64,000 bases of DNA from Felis catus. Its lineage: Eukaryota. Below, piece after piece: positions 12,690 through 24,990 of the stretch; position 1 is the first letter of the stretch; each line of letters begins with the position of its first letter. Where the stretch lies: positions 41,106,001 to 41,170,000 of the forward strand of contig NC_058382.1 of NCBI RefSeq assembly GCF_018350175.1, read 5' to 3'. The position numbers and the translations under genes were made by a program. The notes beneath the pieces were generated by a model. That model was not told where the DNA came from. It saw nothing but the letters and a program-made list of their open reading frames with translations, and did not search any database.

Positions 12690-13275
12690 GTGGCCTTTGA
12701 TCTCTTGGAATCACAATGGATTGTACCCATAAATCAGATGGACTCAAGGTAAATGTGAGTTTCTGAGCCTGGATCCTAAAGATCAACTTTCCAATTGTAG
12801 ATAGAAGAAAAGAAACTGAAGATTCTGGCTGAATATAGACATAATTAAAATGAATTGTTGCTGGTATAGCTGCTAAAGAAGTGATTTTTGTTCTTGGCAT
12901 TTGTAAAGAGAAGTAGGCTATCCAGAACAAGAAGTGTGGCACTTCTGTTCCATTCTGCACTGACTGAAATATTTCAGTCATATCTGAGATCTTACACATT
13001 TGAACAGTCCAGAGGTTGGAGAAGAGGATGCTGAGGGGGACTGGAAACCATGGAAACCATGAGGTATTGTTGAAGTTGATGGGGAAATACTTGGGAACTC
13101 TGTTCAAAAATCTGGAGAATTCTCATGCTTGTAATGAAAGTGTCCTAAGTGTCCTAAAAGAGAAAAGGAGGCATGAGCCTCTGGGTGAATTTTGGATGGA
13201 GCCAGATGATGACTCTCTCTATAGGAGAACGGTTTTGAGTAAACTTCCTGAAATGTTAAAATGGGCTGTGCCCAA
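12690..13275 (+). mobile_element. L3/CR1 LINE relic (ORF2 C-terminal region)
   Basis: taaatgtgagtttctgagcctggatcctaaagatcaact; gctgctaaagaag...gagaagtaggctatccagaacaag...ctgcactg; gtccagagg...gaggatgctgagggggactggaaaccatg...tgttgaag; aatgggctg. All follow the remembered CR1 order (VQRRATRMVRGLETM-SYEERLKEL). Confidence 0.75.
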
Positions 13276-14639
13276 AACCAAAAGAACACTCTAGGAATCA
13301 GTATTGTCAGGTGGTAGAGTGGGCAAATCTAGAAATTTGTGAGGTTTCTGCCACTTGGTCTAACCAATGTAGACTGCCTGTCCACATAATGCTCACATTC
13401 CAGGCTTGTTGGGGATCAGCAGTATGGGGGCACTAGTGTCCTATTTCACTGGCATTTATTTGGGAAGACAGTATGTTTCTGGACTTTTGCTGGACTCATT
13501 CACAAATGTGGACTGATCTGTACCACACCACAGCTCCATAAAGTAGATATCTATCTCTATAGTCCCTATGTAGTAGAGGATGAAAGGGAGATTTAGCAAA
13601 GTTAGGGGACATCTTCAGAATAGCAGGGATGGCAAATGAGCATTCTCAGGTCCATTTTTTCTTTTTATTTCACGATCCTATGCCGCTTTTTCAGAATGAT
13701 ACTTCAAGGCCCTTAGGACTTATCTTCTCCAATTCTACATACTGGGCTTGACAGCAAACATGGCCAGCATAACTGAGAAACCTAACCGCAGTGAAAATCC
13801 ATTTTCACAATTGCACCAAAAAACAAGGGTCTTCAGACTGGGCCATTTCTAATCACCAAATGTAGCTGATATTGCAGAGAATGAAAAATAAGTAATAGTG
13901 GCAGAATATTTGTGATATACAGGATGGCATTCTAATTTAATATTGTATTCATGTTTCTAAGAGGTAACAGTACCAGATTTGGCAACTAGGGAGGTTGTGA
14001 CTCAAGTCATTGAAGGGGAAACCTGGAAAATCATGATCAGACCTTCATTATGCTCATAATTAGGCTAAAAATAAGAGCATACGGCAGCTATGGGAACACA
14101 TGCACTGCAGATATTGGATTTCCAGTAGATAAAGTTGAAGCAGAATGAGTATGTGAAGTCATATTATTGTAGGTGGAGACAGGGAAGAAATAGATGGAGT
14201 TAATAACTTAATGCATCTGAAAAAGTAGGGAAGCTTTGCAGTGATAAATAGAAGTAGAAGTAGAAGAAAATAAATGAATAAATAAAGCAAAGAATAAATG
14301 GCCAATAATGCCAGATACTAAAATCCTAACCCGCCATCAAACATAATAAAAATACGGGAATGGATATGTAAGAAATAAAAAAGGCAGGAATGGAATGCAT
14401 ATGGCAAAAATGAGGATAAGAAATATCTCGGAACTGTGTAAGAAATCTCTAATTAATTGGTGAGAGACATGTAGCTCATAAAACCCTATGAAATTAGAGT
14501 GCAATAGGGTAGCCCCCAAGGCATTGATTAGACATTCAGAGCAACCTGAGAGAGTGCCATAATATAGCAGAAAAAGAAGGGAGATGTTATAGTATAGAGA
14601 ATTTTTTCTTCCTGCAGGATGAGAAATGGAGAGGGGTAT

Positions 14640-14860
14640 TTGAAAGAACAGAGATGGATTTGGGGACCATGCTATTGGGGTTAGAATCCTGGCACTCTGA
14701 TGTGAGGAAGGTGTGTGCCTTTTGCCAATTTTCCTAACCTCTGTAACCTCAGGATTTCCTCTGCTGAGTGGGAATACTAATGCTCACTGTGGTGTCCTGT
14801 TGTGAGCATCAGATATGAAAACTGTGTCTAAATGGCCTGCCAAACAGCTCCCCACACGAA
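14640..14860 (+). mobile_element. MIR SINE
   Basis: ggttagaatcctggcactct...cctaacctctgtaacctcaggatttcctctgctgagtgggaatactaatgc...gttgtgagcatcaga. Confidence 0.7.
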
Positions 14861-14959
14861 AGCTATTTTGATTGCAAAGTAGGGTGGTGTAATGGAAAGA
14901 GCCATTACAAAAGTGAACTTAAAGGGAAGGGAGGAAATTCACTTTGGTTGAGCTCTTGT

Positions 14960-15165
14960 GGTGTTCTGGACACAGGTACAAATGAATTCTTTTAAGCCTC
15001 GCAATAACTCTATGAGAGTGACACTAATGTCCCCAAATTTCAGAAGAGCAGAAGGAAGTGTAGAACGCTTAAGTGAAATGTCTTTGGTCTCTCCAGTAAT
15101 AATTGGTAAATCTGGAAATCAAGCCCCAGTACCTGAACATGAAAGTCCTGTTCTTTGCGTCATGC
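14960..15165 (-). mobile_element. MIR SINE
   Basis: tttaagcctcgcaataactctatgagag...ccccaaatttcagaagagcagaagg...ttaagtgaaatgtc...ggaaatcaagcccc. Confidence 0.75.
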
Positions 15166-16939
15166 CAGCCAATTACAATGGACGAACCATTTTCATCTGT
15201 CTGGTTCAGATGCCTGAAGGCTGCGACCCAACTTTAACTATTTGGAGTCCCATGTTCTTCTCTTAAATTTGAAGAGCTTTGTTTTTACCTCCAGTCCGTT
15301 TAGTGGGGAAAGACCTTCAATTCATAAGGTGTCTTGGGGGTCTATGAAGTTGAAAAACGACCCCAGCTCCAGCTTCTCCATCCCACTAAATATGCCAGGG
15401 GCAGAAGGTACCAGGAGGAGTTACCAAGACTTCAGACACCATGTCAGCAGAGGAGGGAAGCAAAAGACTAGAATAAAGAGCCCTGAGCAGGCTCCAGTGC
15501 CCCATAGTCTATCCCGTTCAGCGAAGAGATCTTTAATTTAGCTAGAGGACTTCTGCCCCAGAAGGACATGGGCGGCCCTTAGAAATGTATTCTCAGCAAG
15601 GGAGGTGTCAGAATGGATTCATGAGAGGCATTCATGCCTCACAAATCACCCTGAATATTTCATGTACATTAAAAAATTAGTAGACAAAACTGGAGCGGTG
15701 GTGTATAATTTACCTAGGCTTGTGAGATGTTTTGATATGGAGCAGGGTGGAAGATTTATCTGTGGGCGCATGAAGCTGCACTTGGAACAAAATGCATGGG
15801 TCCTGCGTTAGTGCCCATCAGAGAGGGTAGCAGAAAGAGCCGCATTGTGGTGAAGCAGTAAATACGGGCTCAGCAAAGGGAAATATTATCTTCATTTTTC
15901 TTTATTTTCTGCAGAGTGGATTGGTGAGTTTCTGCTCTCTGAAGGACGAGATAGCATTGCCCCTGTATGAATGAGTTTAAAAGGCATAAACAAGGGAGTC
16001 TGATGGCCTAATTTGGAGGGGTCCAGCGGGAATCTGCCTCCTTGTAGATAATGAGATCGTATTTGGAATAGATATGCCACCAAGTGAGAAAATGAATTTA
16101 ATAGAAATATCACTGCTATTTACAACTAAAGGAACATTGGTGAAATATGCTGAAAGAGAATGAATTCGTGGCCTGGGACCTTTTTTATGTTTGGAAAAGC
16201 ACATAATATGTGACCCTCATCCTTTGGATAAATGTAACATGAGTTTATAGTAATTCAAACCTCTGAGTTATATTTAGCTAAGGTTGAAAGAGTTTGAAAA
16301 TTCAGCCTTGAGCTACATTTACTGGCAGTAGAATCAGTGTCTTGCATTCACTTTCTACCTTTCTAGGTTCTAAAATTCTCAGAACTTGGCACCAGTCTCT
16401 TTTTCTCAACAGAGGATGTGCCCTAGAGTTGGTGCTACAAGGACACTGGTTTGTCTGCAACTCTAAACAGTGACTGTGTCTTGATCAGTGATGAACAGAA
16501 GTACTTTACTATGTCTTCTGCTAACAGAAAATCACACAACCATGTAGAACTTTAGTTTTTTTCTTCCTTTTGGCCCTTTGGCTTTCCTACACACGGGCAG
16601 AGTCTTCCTCAGAGACCTCACGTTGATGATGAATTAAGAATTTATTGGCATATATTTGCAGCACACACAGATTAATGTCTACTCATGAACACTAAAGTAG
16701 GCGTGTTTATGGAACAGCGCTGAACTGGAGACTGTGTGCTCCCAGCTAAGTGAATGCTGGTCTCCCTAGAATCTATTTACTTTGTAAACTTTAGGAACCA
16801 GAATATATAGTAGCCAGTTCTTTCTTATGATTGTAGATAGTAGAGAAAATAGACACAGTGGACCAGAAAGAAAAGTTGGATGGGAAAGACTGAAGATGGT
16901 CATTTGGGGCATGTAATGATCAATGCTCAAGAAATAGTC

Positions 16940-17145
16940 TGTGTTTTTGAGCTACCCACCTTCCTAGGGCACATTCCCTGCTGCTCCATTTGAGTCAAAC
17001 AACATACCTATAACACTTATTTCCATCTTGCAGGTGAGCAAATGATTCTTGGTGTTTTAATGATTTCTCGAGGTCACAGTGTCATCAAAAAGCGGAATTA
17101 GGTTACGCATATAGAGTTGACTAGCCCCAAGCCCAGAATGCTGAG
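16940..17145 (-). mobile_element. MIR SINE
   Basis: tatttccatcttgcaggtgagcaaatgatt...aatgatttctcgaggtcacag...gactagccccaagcccagaatgct. Confidence 0.7.
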
Positions 17146-17679
17146 GCTCAGCGGCCTCAAAGAGGTGGTACCCTAGGAAGAGTCACAACCAACCAACCAA
17201 ACAGGCTTAGGAATTTGCCCCTCCGTTCGAGGTACCTGATTTCCTCTCTCTTCCCCAGTGAGAACCCCAGCCTCCTTTTATGGATATAGGAAATAAAATG
17301 AGATGAATGAGCTGGAGATTTAAATTGTTATAAAACTATTAAAGAGAAATCTGTCTTAAGTTATCACCTAAGGGGCCCGTAAAAATTGGTCGTCATAGAG
17401 GTGGATTTTTAAATAAAGTTTGAACAAAATTACCCTCAGATCCCTAGGGATGCTGCTAAATAATCTTTTCAAACAGAGGGTTACGCAGCGAGGTGACCTT
17501 CTTGCCTCACTGCCTGCAAGTTTTATACCAAGATATCCTGTGTCGAGCAAGGCTCTGAAGAATTCTCATTCCCTCTGTGGATACTTACGTCTCCTGGGTC
17601 TTCTATTATTTTGCCCAAAGCAACACATTAATCTTGGGGGAGGAGGAGTCAGTGCTTCCTGCAAATCTGGGGACTCACC

Positions 17680-18250
17680 TGAAATTTCCATCCTTGAAAA
17701 TCCAGTATCCTTTGAAGAATCTTTACCTCAGCACATGTCTGCATAATAATCTCTTAACCTCCCATCTCTAATATATCAGTCCCTTGTGTGAAAACCTGTC
17801 ATGCTGGCCCTGGCATTCATACTACCCTGTCCTGTCTTCTGCACCATTTCCTGACTGTCTGTATTATTTTGTACTGGCCCCCCACGTACACCCATGGTAG
17901 AAACCGCCTCAAAATTTACCTCCTATGGTAAGATTTTCTTTTCTTTTTTTTTTATTTTGAGGGAGAGAGAGAGAGAGACAGGAGTATAAGTGGGGGGGGG
18001 GGGCTGTCAGAGAGAGGGGAAGAGAGAGAATCCCAAGCATGCTCTGCAATGCCAGCACGGAGCCCGATGTGGGGCCTCGATCTCACAAACTGTGAGATCA
18101 TGACCTGAATGGAAACCAAGAGTCGAATGCTCAACCGCCTGAGCCACCCAGGTGTCCTTCTATGTTAAGATTTTCTAAACCTAGTGCAGAGACAGATTTT
18201 TGCTTCCTTAGGCCCTGTACCTGCCCTACCATCTACACAACGTGCAGGTC
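17680..18250 (+). mobile_element. L2 3' fragment, split by a Can-SINE
   Basis: Pyrimidine-rich L2-like text before the SINE resumes after it (gtaagattttct...agtgcagagacagatttttgcttcctt...cctgccctacc). Confidence 0.45.
17940..18159 (-). mobile_element. Can-SINE (older felid subfamily)
   Basis: T tail, (GA)n, G12 run, gagccacccaggtgtcc end; 17-bp TSD ctatg(g/t)taagattttct at 17923-17939 and 18160-18176. Confidence 0.95.
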
Positions 18251-19249
18251 TGTAATTGCCCATGACTGAGTGTTTAAGTCTGGGAGAATCTTGAAGGCAG
18301 GCTGTGGCTGAAATATCATTCCCCCCTCCCATGCTTAGAGGAGTTTTGATGCACCATAAGGAGAAAGTAAATGTTTACTGAACAAAAAACAAAGGAGTGG
18401 CAGAATGGAAGGAAGGTTTATTCTGGAAAGGCACTTGGAGGCTTCCCTATCCCCAGAGCACACCTGGCAGTTCCCACTTTGCCAGGCTGTGGGACACACT
18501 TCTCCAGTGGTCCCAATCTTCCCAGCCCATCAAGACTCATCTGCAGTGTGCTTCCCTTCTGAGCCCATCTCGTCTATTGACTCTACCTTAGAGCATCTCA
18601 GTCACTGAGTCAACATGTATGGACTGTTGATGGGCGTGGACACTGACAGGAAAGAGAAGCTTCAGGAAGATTTGCATTAGGTGAGGCAGTTTAAATGGAA
18701 AACATCTCTCCTTCTTGACCTAATTTTTAGTCATCCTGAGCACAGTTATAAGATGGAATAGAGTGGGGATCTAATGATGTCAGCAAGAAGGTGCAGATTG
18801 GCAAGCATCATCTCCCAGGTGTGGCATGGGGCAGAATTGGTGGGTCCCAGCTAACTCCATGACAAATGTGTTTCCCTACTGAGGGGTCTAGAGCAGTAAC
18901 CCCATGCGCCCATTTCAGAGAGTGCCTATTCTCAAGTATGTCTTTTTTCAAAGTGAGACATTCGAGATTTACCTGAAAGGTGAGATTTACATCCTCGGAG
19001 ACAACCAGAGACAACCACAGAGATTAGCCCATCATCTGCCATTGTCCTTCTGGAGGGAGATATTTCACATCCTAGAGAGTTCACGCTGGATGAAAACCAC
19101 TTTCCAAAGTAGTCAGTCCAGGTATGCAAAGATGAAGAATACCCAATGCATCATCCTGTCTACACTTGCCTAAGAAGAAAATTGTTTCTAGGCTGCAGGA
19201 AGCATAATTGTTCTTAGTCTCGATACCACATTCTATCAGGATGGGGCTT

Positions 19250-19415
19250 TTGTCAAGAGCTCTTTATGACCGTGATTCCATTAAGCTTCCCTCACACCCT
19301 GTTATAGAGGAAATATCTTGCTTCCGTCACAGATGGGCAAAATGAGGCTTAGAGAAATGTGATGCTTCTACGGAGGAAGTAGGGGGTGGGGGTTGATCAT
19401 GACCTCTGATTACTA
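19250..19415 (-). mobile_element. MIR SINE
   Basis: ccctcacaccctgttatagagg...ccgtcacagatgggcaaaatgaggcttagagaaatgtga. Confidence 0.7.
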
Positions 19416-22142
19416 GCTTACCTGGCAACCCGAGCTCAGCTTCTCTCCCTGCATCCTTTAAAAATCTCCACAATCAGCCAAAAGATTTATATTTTCTTAT
19501 TACCTTAGCAGCTTCTTCTGAATAAATCTTTTTTTTCCCGGCACAAGGAATGAATTTAAAGGAATATATTAAATATAAAAAAAAGGGCTTGCAAAGCAAG
19601 GTTCTACTTTGACCCTAATATCTCCCTCAGATTTCCTCTTGCACACACACGTCCTTATCAAACACAATTCACCCCTCTGAAAACAGGCTGAGATTGGAGT
19701 CATGGCCAAAGGCGGGAACAGAGGTGTGAGCATTATCATAGCAAATAACAAGCAAGTGGATGATGGCTGTGAGGGATTTCAGATGCCAGACCACTAATTG
19801 CTGAGAGTTTTCCAAGAGTAGAGGAATTTGGGTAAATTATAATTTTTAATACAATTACATTAAGAAATACGTTTTGAAGAATGAATTTTAAAAATTGAGG
19901 TCACTGATGTTTTTGCATTTCTCTCCCATTAGAGGGAATAAAAACAAGCTTATTAATATCATAGCCTCATGCCAGATCATCCTCTTGGCTCCTGAGATTT
20001 CACACATAAGCTCATTGGACATGTGGAAATCAGCTCCATGAGCAACTTTAAAATAAGTACCTACATATTTAAACACACACTTGTGATGGGCACACTGCTT
20101 TTCCTAAAAAGTGGAACACATTTCTTACACGAACTTAATCTCAAAAGAATGACATAGAAAAGCTAAAATAGTAGGCTTTTTTTGTGTGTGATATTCTGAT
20201 TTGATTTAAAATCACTCCCAATTCAAATGAAAAATAACTTCTTTGAAAAAAGTGCTTTTGTCCCCCTGATGAGAATACACAATCACTTTGAGGAATTTGA
20301 GAGCTGCTGCAAAAGTAAAGAAAACAAAAAGCACACATCATCTCACATCTTAGAAGTAGGTGTTAATCGTTTGGTAAATTCTCTCTTTCTGTCTTGACTT
20401 CATTTGTCATTTTTCCCCACCTAACAGGTATCATAGTGCACATAGAACTTCATATATTTTCTTATATTCCTTTTAAGATTCTCTGATACTGATTTCCCCA
20501 TGTTGATAGAAATCTTCAAAAACGTTTCTAATAGCTAGTCAAAGTTTTATCATATAGATACTTCTGTTCCCTTACATTATCAGTTTAGGCTCTTAAAGAA
20601 CATTTAAAATGCATTTCTTAATGACAGAAGGGTATGAGCAAAGTGGGTTTGAATTCCATTTGGAAGAAGAGCATATGGAATCACAGAATTTTCAAGCCAG
20701 AAGACGACCACCTGGCCTCATTCAGAGATCTGAAAATCCCAGCCTAGGGGAAGGAGACTTTTGTAGGGTTACACTGTGAAGGAGCAATGGAAGAATTGGA
20801 ACTGGAAATCTGTTGATCTTTTTCCCAGCTCCTCATCCTCCCTGTGCAAGACATTTTCCTTCAAGAAGGATGATGGCTCATTCTGCTCTTTGAGAAAAAT
20901 TGCTTATGAAACCAGCACCTGGGGCCCCACAGGACATAAAGAGACTGAATAACGAGTCTATATAGGAAGGACACCTGTTGTTATTTCAGGCTTAAACAAG
21001 GTCTTCCGCCAAACCAAATCGGAATGATGCTCAGAGAACACCTGGACTAATGGGCTTCAAAAAGTTTCCGGTGCCAGGAAAAAAAAAAAAGTTTCAGGTA
21101 TCAACATCAGAAAGATTACTGACGATGCGATGTTCTGAAACTCCCCAAATCTCACATGCTTCATACCTAAATGTCTTCGTTACGATGTTTGGGCACACGT
21201 ACTTAACAATCTTAGAACCTTTGTTGAGTGAGTAAGTGTGTATCTGTTGTACCTCGCAATTAGGTAAGCGGCGGACAGAAGGAGTTCCATCCTCCTGGTG
21301 CTATGGAATCAGAGAACAGGTAGGAGAGAGCTGCAAAAGACCCTTCCCACTCAGAAGGCTGGGACAGGGAGAGGAAACACAAGAGCTGCAGATTTGTGTT
21401 TTTCTTAAAGTTAATCGCTAAACAACCAAGAAAGAGATGGAATGGATGGAATGAGGGAAAGAGAGAGGGGTGGATGAGAAAGAGAAAAGAAGGAAAGAGC
21501 CATGGAGGGGGAAAAGGATGAGAGAAAAAAAAATGGAATGTCTTTGTATGCTGATCATGCTAAGTACGTCAAATATACGTGCAAAGGAATGCTGGCTTTC
21601 TTAGCCTGTCATTCCCTACGTTCCCTATGGGGCTTCCTGAAAGATCAGTTCAGAGCTTAGTCTACCACCAATCCCCGACCCAGCCCTATTCTCCCTGATT
21701 GTAGGAAAGGAAAACTAAATGCAGGTTTGAGGGGTAGGGGCGAGGTGGAGTGCAGTGTTCTTGGATGTTATTCTGTCCTCTTTGGTGGAAAAAGGGGAGA
21801 CGGTTCTACCTCTCTGTGAAGCCAGAGAAAAGATGGGGTGGACCAAGACAGTCACCTGTGAAGACTGGGAAGGCTACAACAAAAATCTCCATATTGAAGT
21901 CTTAGTAGATTTGCCGACCTGCCCTTCAGTTACCAAGGCAGGAAGGCAGGCAAACACAGAGGGTCCATGATATGTTGATACTTTCAGGTAGATGAGTATG
22001 GATACCCATAAACCTCCTCCTAAGTTCTTTTGTCCTGAAAGTTTTAGCAGGTAGATTCTACATTTGGTTGCAGCCTGAGGGTTAATTGAAGTAGTTGAGA
22101 TGGATGAGTGGCCAGGCACCGGGGGAATGTACCAAAAACATG

Positions 22143-22815
22143 TCAGTTTCCGCATCTGTAAAATAGGAATATTTTAGCCTTCTCTTAATGTGATTTAAGT
22201 ATTCATTTGAGCTAAATAAAATATTTAGTTTAAATTTAATATTATGATAAGTGTATGTATTAGGCAGTGTTCTAAAGAGATTTATTATAGGGGACTGGCT
22301 AACATGATTATGGAGGAGGACAGGTCCTAAGATCTGCAGGGTGATTCAGCAAGCTGGAGACCAAGGAGAGCTGATCATTTAGTTCTAGTCCCAGTCTTAA
22401 GACCAAGACCAAGGAGAACCGATGGTGTAGTTCCCATCTAAAAGCCAGCAGACTTGAGATCTAGAAAGAGCTGATGTTTCAGCTCAAATCCCAGGTAAGA
22501 AAAAAAACAGTGTCCCAGTATAAATCCAGTGAAGTTTAAAGATTTTTCTTATTAAAGAGAGGGTCAACCTTTGCTTTAGGTGGCCTTCAACTGATTGGAT
22601 AAGGCCCATCCTCATTAGGGAAAGTATCTGCTTTACTCAGTCAACTGATTTAAGTGTTAATTTTATTGAAAAGCATCCTCACAGACACTGCCAGAATAAT
22701 GTTTGATCAAATACTTGGGCACCTGGTAGCCCAGTCAAGCTGACATAAAATTAACCATCACAATATAGTACCTGGCATATAATAAGAATTCCAAAATGGC
22801 GAATATTGATTATTT
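22143..22815 (+). mobile_element. MIR SINE split by an MLT2 LTR
   Basis: Core tcagtttccgcatctgtaaaatagg at 22143; the 3' end tagtacctggcatataataag...tattgattattttt resumes at 22763. Confidence 0.7.
22256..22762 (-). mobile_element. MLT2 (ERVL) solo LTR
   Basis: Reverse complement starts TGTGATGGTTAATTTTATGTCAGCTTGACTGGG and ends AGAACACTGCCTAATACA (TG...CA termini); internal ttcaactgattggataaggccc and ctgctttactcagtc are MLT2 hallmarks. Confidence 0.88.
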
Positions 22816-23768
22816 TTATTATTTTTAATATTTTGGATCATTTCATTTTGTCTTATACTTCCTTTAATGAAAATGCAAATACATACTAAGCAAATGGATG
22901 ACGATAGAAAGGCATGGTTTTAATAGCACCTTAATTATAACCTACAGTCCGGCTAGATCAAGTTTTGCAGGTTACAACCATGAAAGTTTAAGCATTTTGT
23001 CTACTAAAATATCATACATGAAAGATTTAGAGAACTTTTATAATAAGTTTCATCCATGAGTCAGTCATCTGCAAAACATACTTTGGAAGGTGTTGGTGAA
23101 CAACCTCTATGCATCTCTACTTACAGATATATGACTGTACATCTGGGTCTGCACAGATACTCATACACAGTTTTTGGTAAGTTTGGAATAATTCAACCAA
23201 CTTATGAATGTAATTAAGCGTGTCTCCACATAGTGTGTTGGAAGAGACAGCGGTTTATACAAAGACCATAATCTAGAAAAAAAATTATTTTTCAGAATGG
23301 AAACCAGGTCCTCAGGGCAAATGGGACATTTTGCTTGTCAGCAAAATAAATTTATTCTGAATTTATGAATCGATAATAAGCCACCTTCTCATAATGATTA
23401 ATGGTAATTAACCTTTTAAGGTTCCATCACTTCCTGGCCATCTCTGGCTGACAGGCCTTGGAGACAGGACAGAATGCTGATGGTGGAAGAGACCTTTCTC
23501 TGGACTTCCAAGGTCCTGTGAGGTAGAAACACCATTTCTGTGTGGATTTGTGACAAATGTAATGCAGCCTCAGAGAATTTCAAACATGGGGAAAATATAC
23601 GCATGACCCATAAGGGTCAGTTGCTTTCTCCTGGAAGGACTTGGAAGTTACAGTCAGCTGTACTGCTGAAACCTGTGTGTGGGACGTTGGTAAAGTCTTT
23701 TCACCTGTGTGCAACCAACTTCATCCGTAAAGTGGATGAATACTGAATTCATTAACAATCAACCTCTG

Positions 23769-23839
23769 TTTTTTTAAGAAAAAAAAGGTTTTATTTTGAG
23801 AGAGAGAAATAGAGATTGAGGGGCAGAGTGGGGGGGGGG

Positions 23840-23907
<68 letters not shown>

Positions 23908-24031
23908 CCCTAGCAGGCTCTGTGCCTTCAGCACAGAGCCCGATGCAGGGCTCAAAATCATGAACCGTGAGATCATGACCTGAGCTGAAATTAAGAGTTA
24001 GACGCTCAACGGACTGAGCCGCCCACGCACC
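23769..24031 (-). mobile_element. Can-SINE with G13 and (AG)31 expansion
   Basis: agagaatccctagcaggctctgtgcc...gagatcatgacctgagctgaaattaagagttagacgctcaacggactgagccgcccacgcacc; G13 at 23830-23842, (AG)31 at 23843-23904. No clear TSD. Confidence 0.93.
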
Positions 24032-24244
24032 CTACAGTTAACTTTTTAAATGAAGAGTCCAGGGGGCTCGCACAGGACCAAACGCCAGCCCTCTTCTCAA
24101 GCAGGCAGCACCACATGAAATCTGTCTTCCAGCAAGTGAGCACTTGTCATACATGCAGACACTAACCTAGATCCACGACATGCTCCACATCTTTGCCTAT
24201 TCTAGGCTTCCCCACCGTGGACATTGGCAGTATGAACATCAAAG

Positions 24245-24779
24245 ATAGCTGGGAAGTAGATTCTGGATTGGGGTTTAGCAGGTAAGAGGTTTATCAAGGG
24301 GAGCCCTGGGGAAGAGTGGAGAAGGAAGCAGGGTTCAGCAGAGTGAGAAAATCTGAGGCACGATGATAGATGTGGTTGAGTCCTGGAGCTTGAATGGCCC
24401 CATTGGAATTGTTATTATTATTTTTTACATTGAGGTATAACTAACATACCTTAGCATTATAGCATAGCATACCTTAGCATACCATAGCATTATATTAGTT
24501 TTAGGTGTGCAATATAATGATTCGGTATTTGTGTCCAGCAGAGTCATTCTGAAACAGCATCAGTGGCCAAGACTGTATAGCCCTGCAACAATCAGTCATT
24601 AGATGCAGGCTGCCCCAGAAAGAGTTATGACCTTGATCAAGGTGGCATGCTCTACCTGACAGAATCCCTCTCGAGGGGCTGAGGGTTGAAGGTGATTTGC
24701 AGATAGCACTCCAAGCTTCTGCAGCCACCAGCCCTTCGTGGAAGGGGACATTGGGTGGCCTAGCACGTTGCTCTCCACA
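24245..24779 (-). mobile_element. LTR16C-like (ERVL) solo LTR, interrupted by an L1 3' fragment
   Basis: Reverse complement TGTGGAGAGC...gtccccttcc...ggggcagcctgcatctaatgactgat...cctgcttccttc...ataaacctcttacctgctaaacc...agaatctacttcc matches the remembered LTR16C layout. Confidence 0.7.
24412..24534 (-). mobile_element. Very short carnivore-type L1 3'-end fragment
   Basis: ttttttacattgaggtataactaacat...attatattagttttaggtgtgcaatataatgattcggtatttgt is the antisense L1 (L1_Carn/L1MA9-like) terminus. Confidence 0.7.
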
Positions 24780-24784
24780 CCAGT

Positions 24785-24990
24785 ATTCAATAAGCATTTA
24801 CTATATCCCAGACAGACTCTTCTGGGCTGGTACCTGCTGTATCATATTTCACTCTTGCTGTAACCCCTTGAGGTAGGTATTAGTGTGCACATTTGCCACA
24901 TGATGAAATTGAGGCTAAAGGTCTAAGAGCCAGTAACTTTTGTGCACCTAGAATTCAAAGCAGGTCATTAACTCTACTTAATATTAACTT
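24785..24990 (-). mobile_element. MIR SINE
   Basis: ttcaataagcatttactatatcccag...aaccccttgaggtaggtatt...gatgaaattgaggct...gaattcaaagcagg. Confidence 0.75.

Noticed and set aside
12583-13107. 174-aa ORF on the - strand (longest gap-free ORF)
   Set aside because: Antisense to the L2 end and L3 relic; no domain or splice support.
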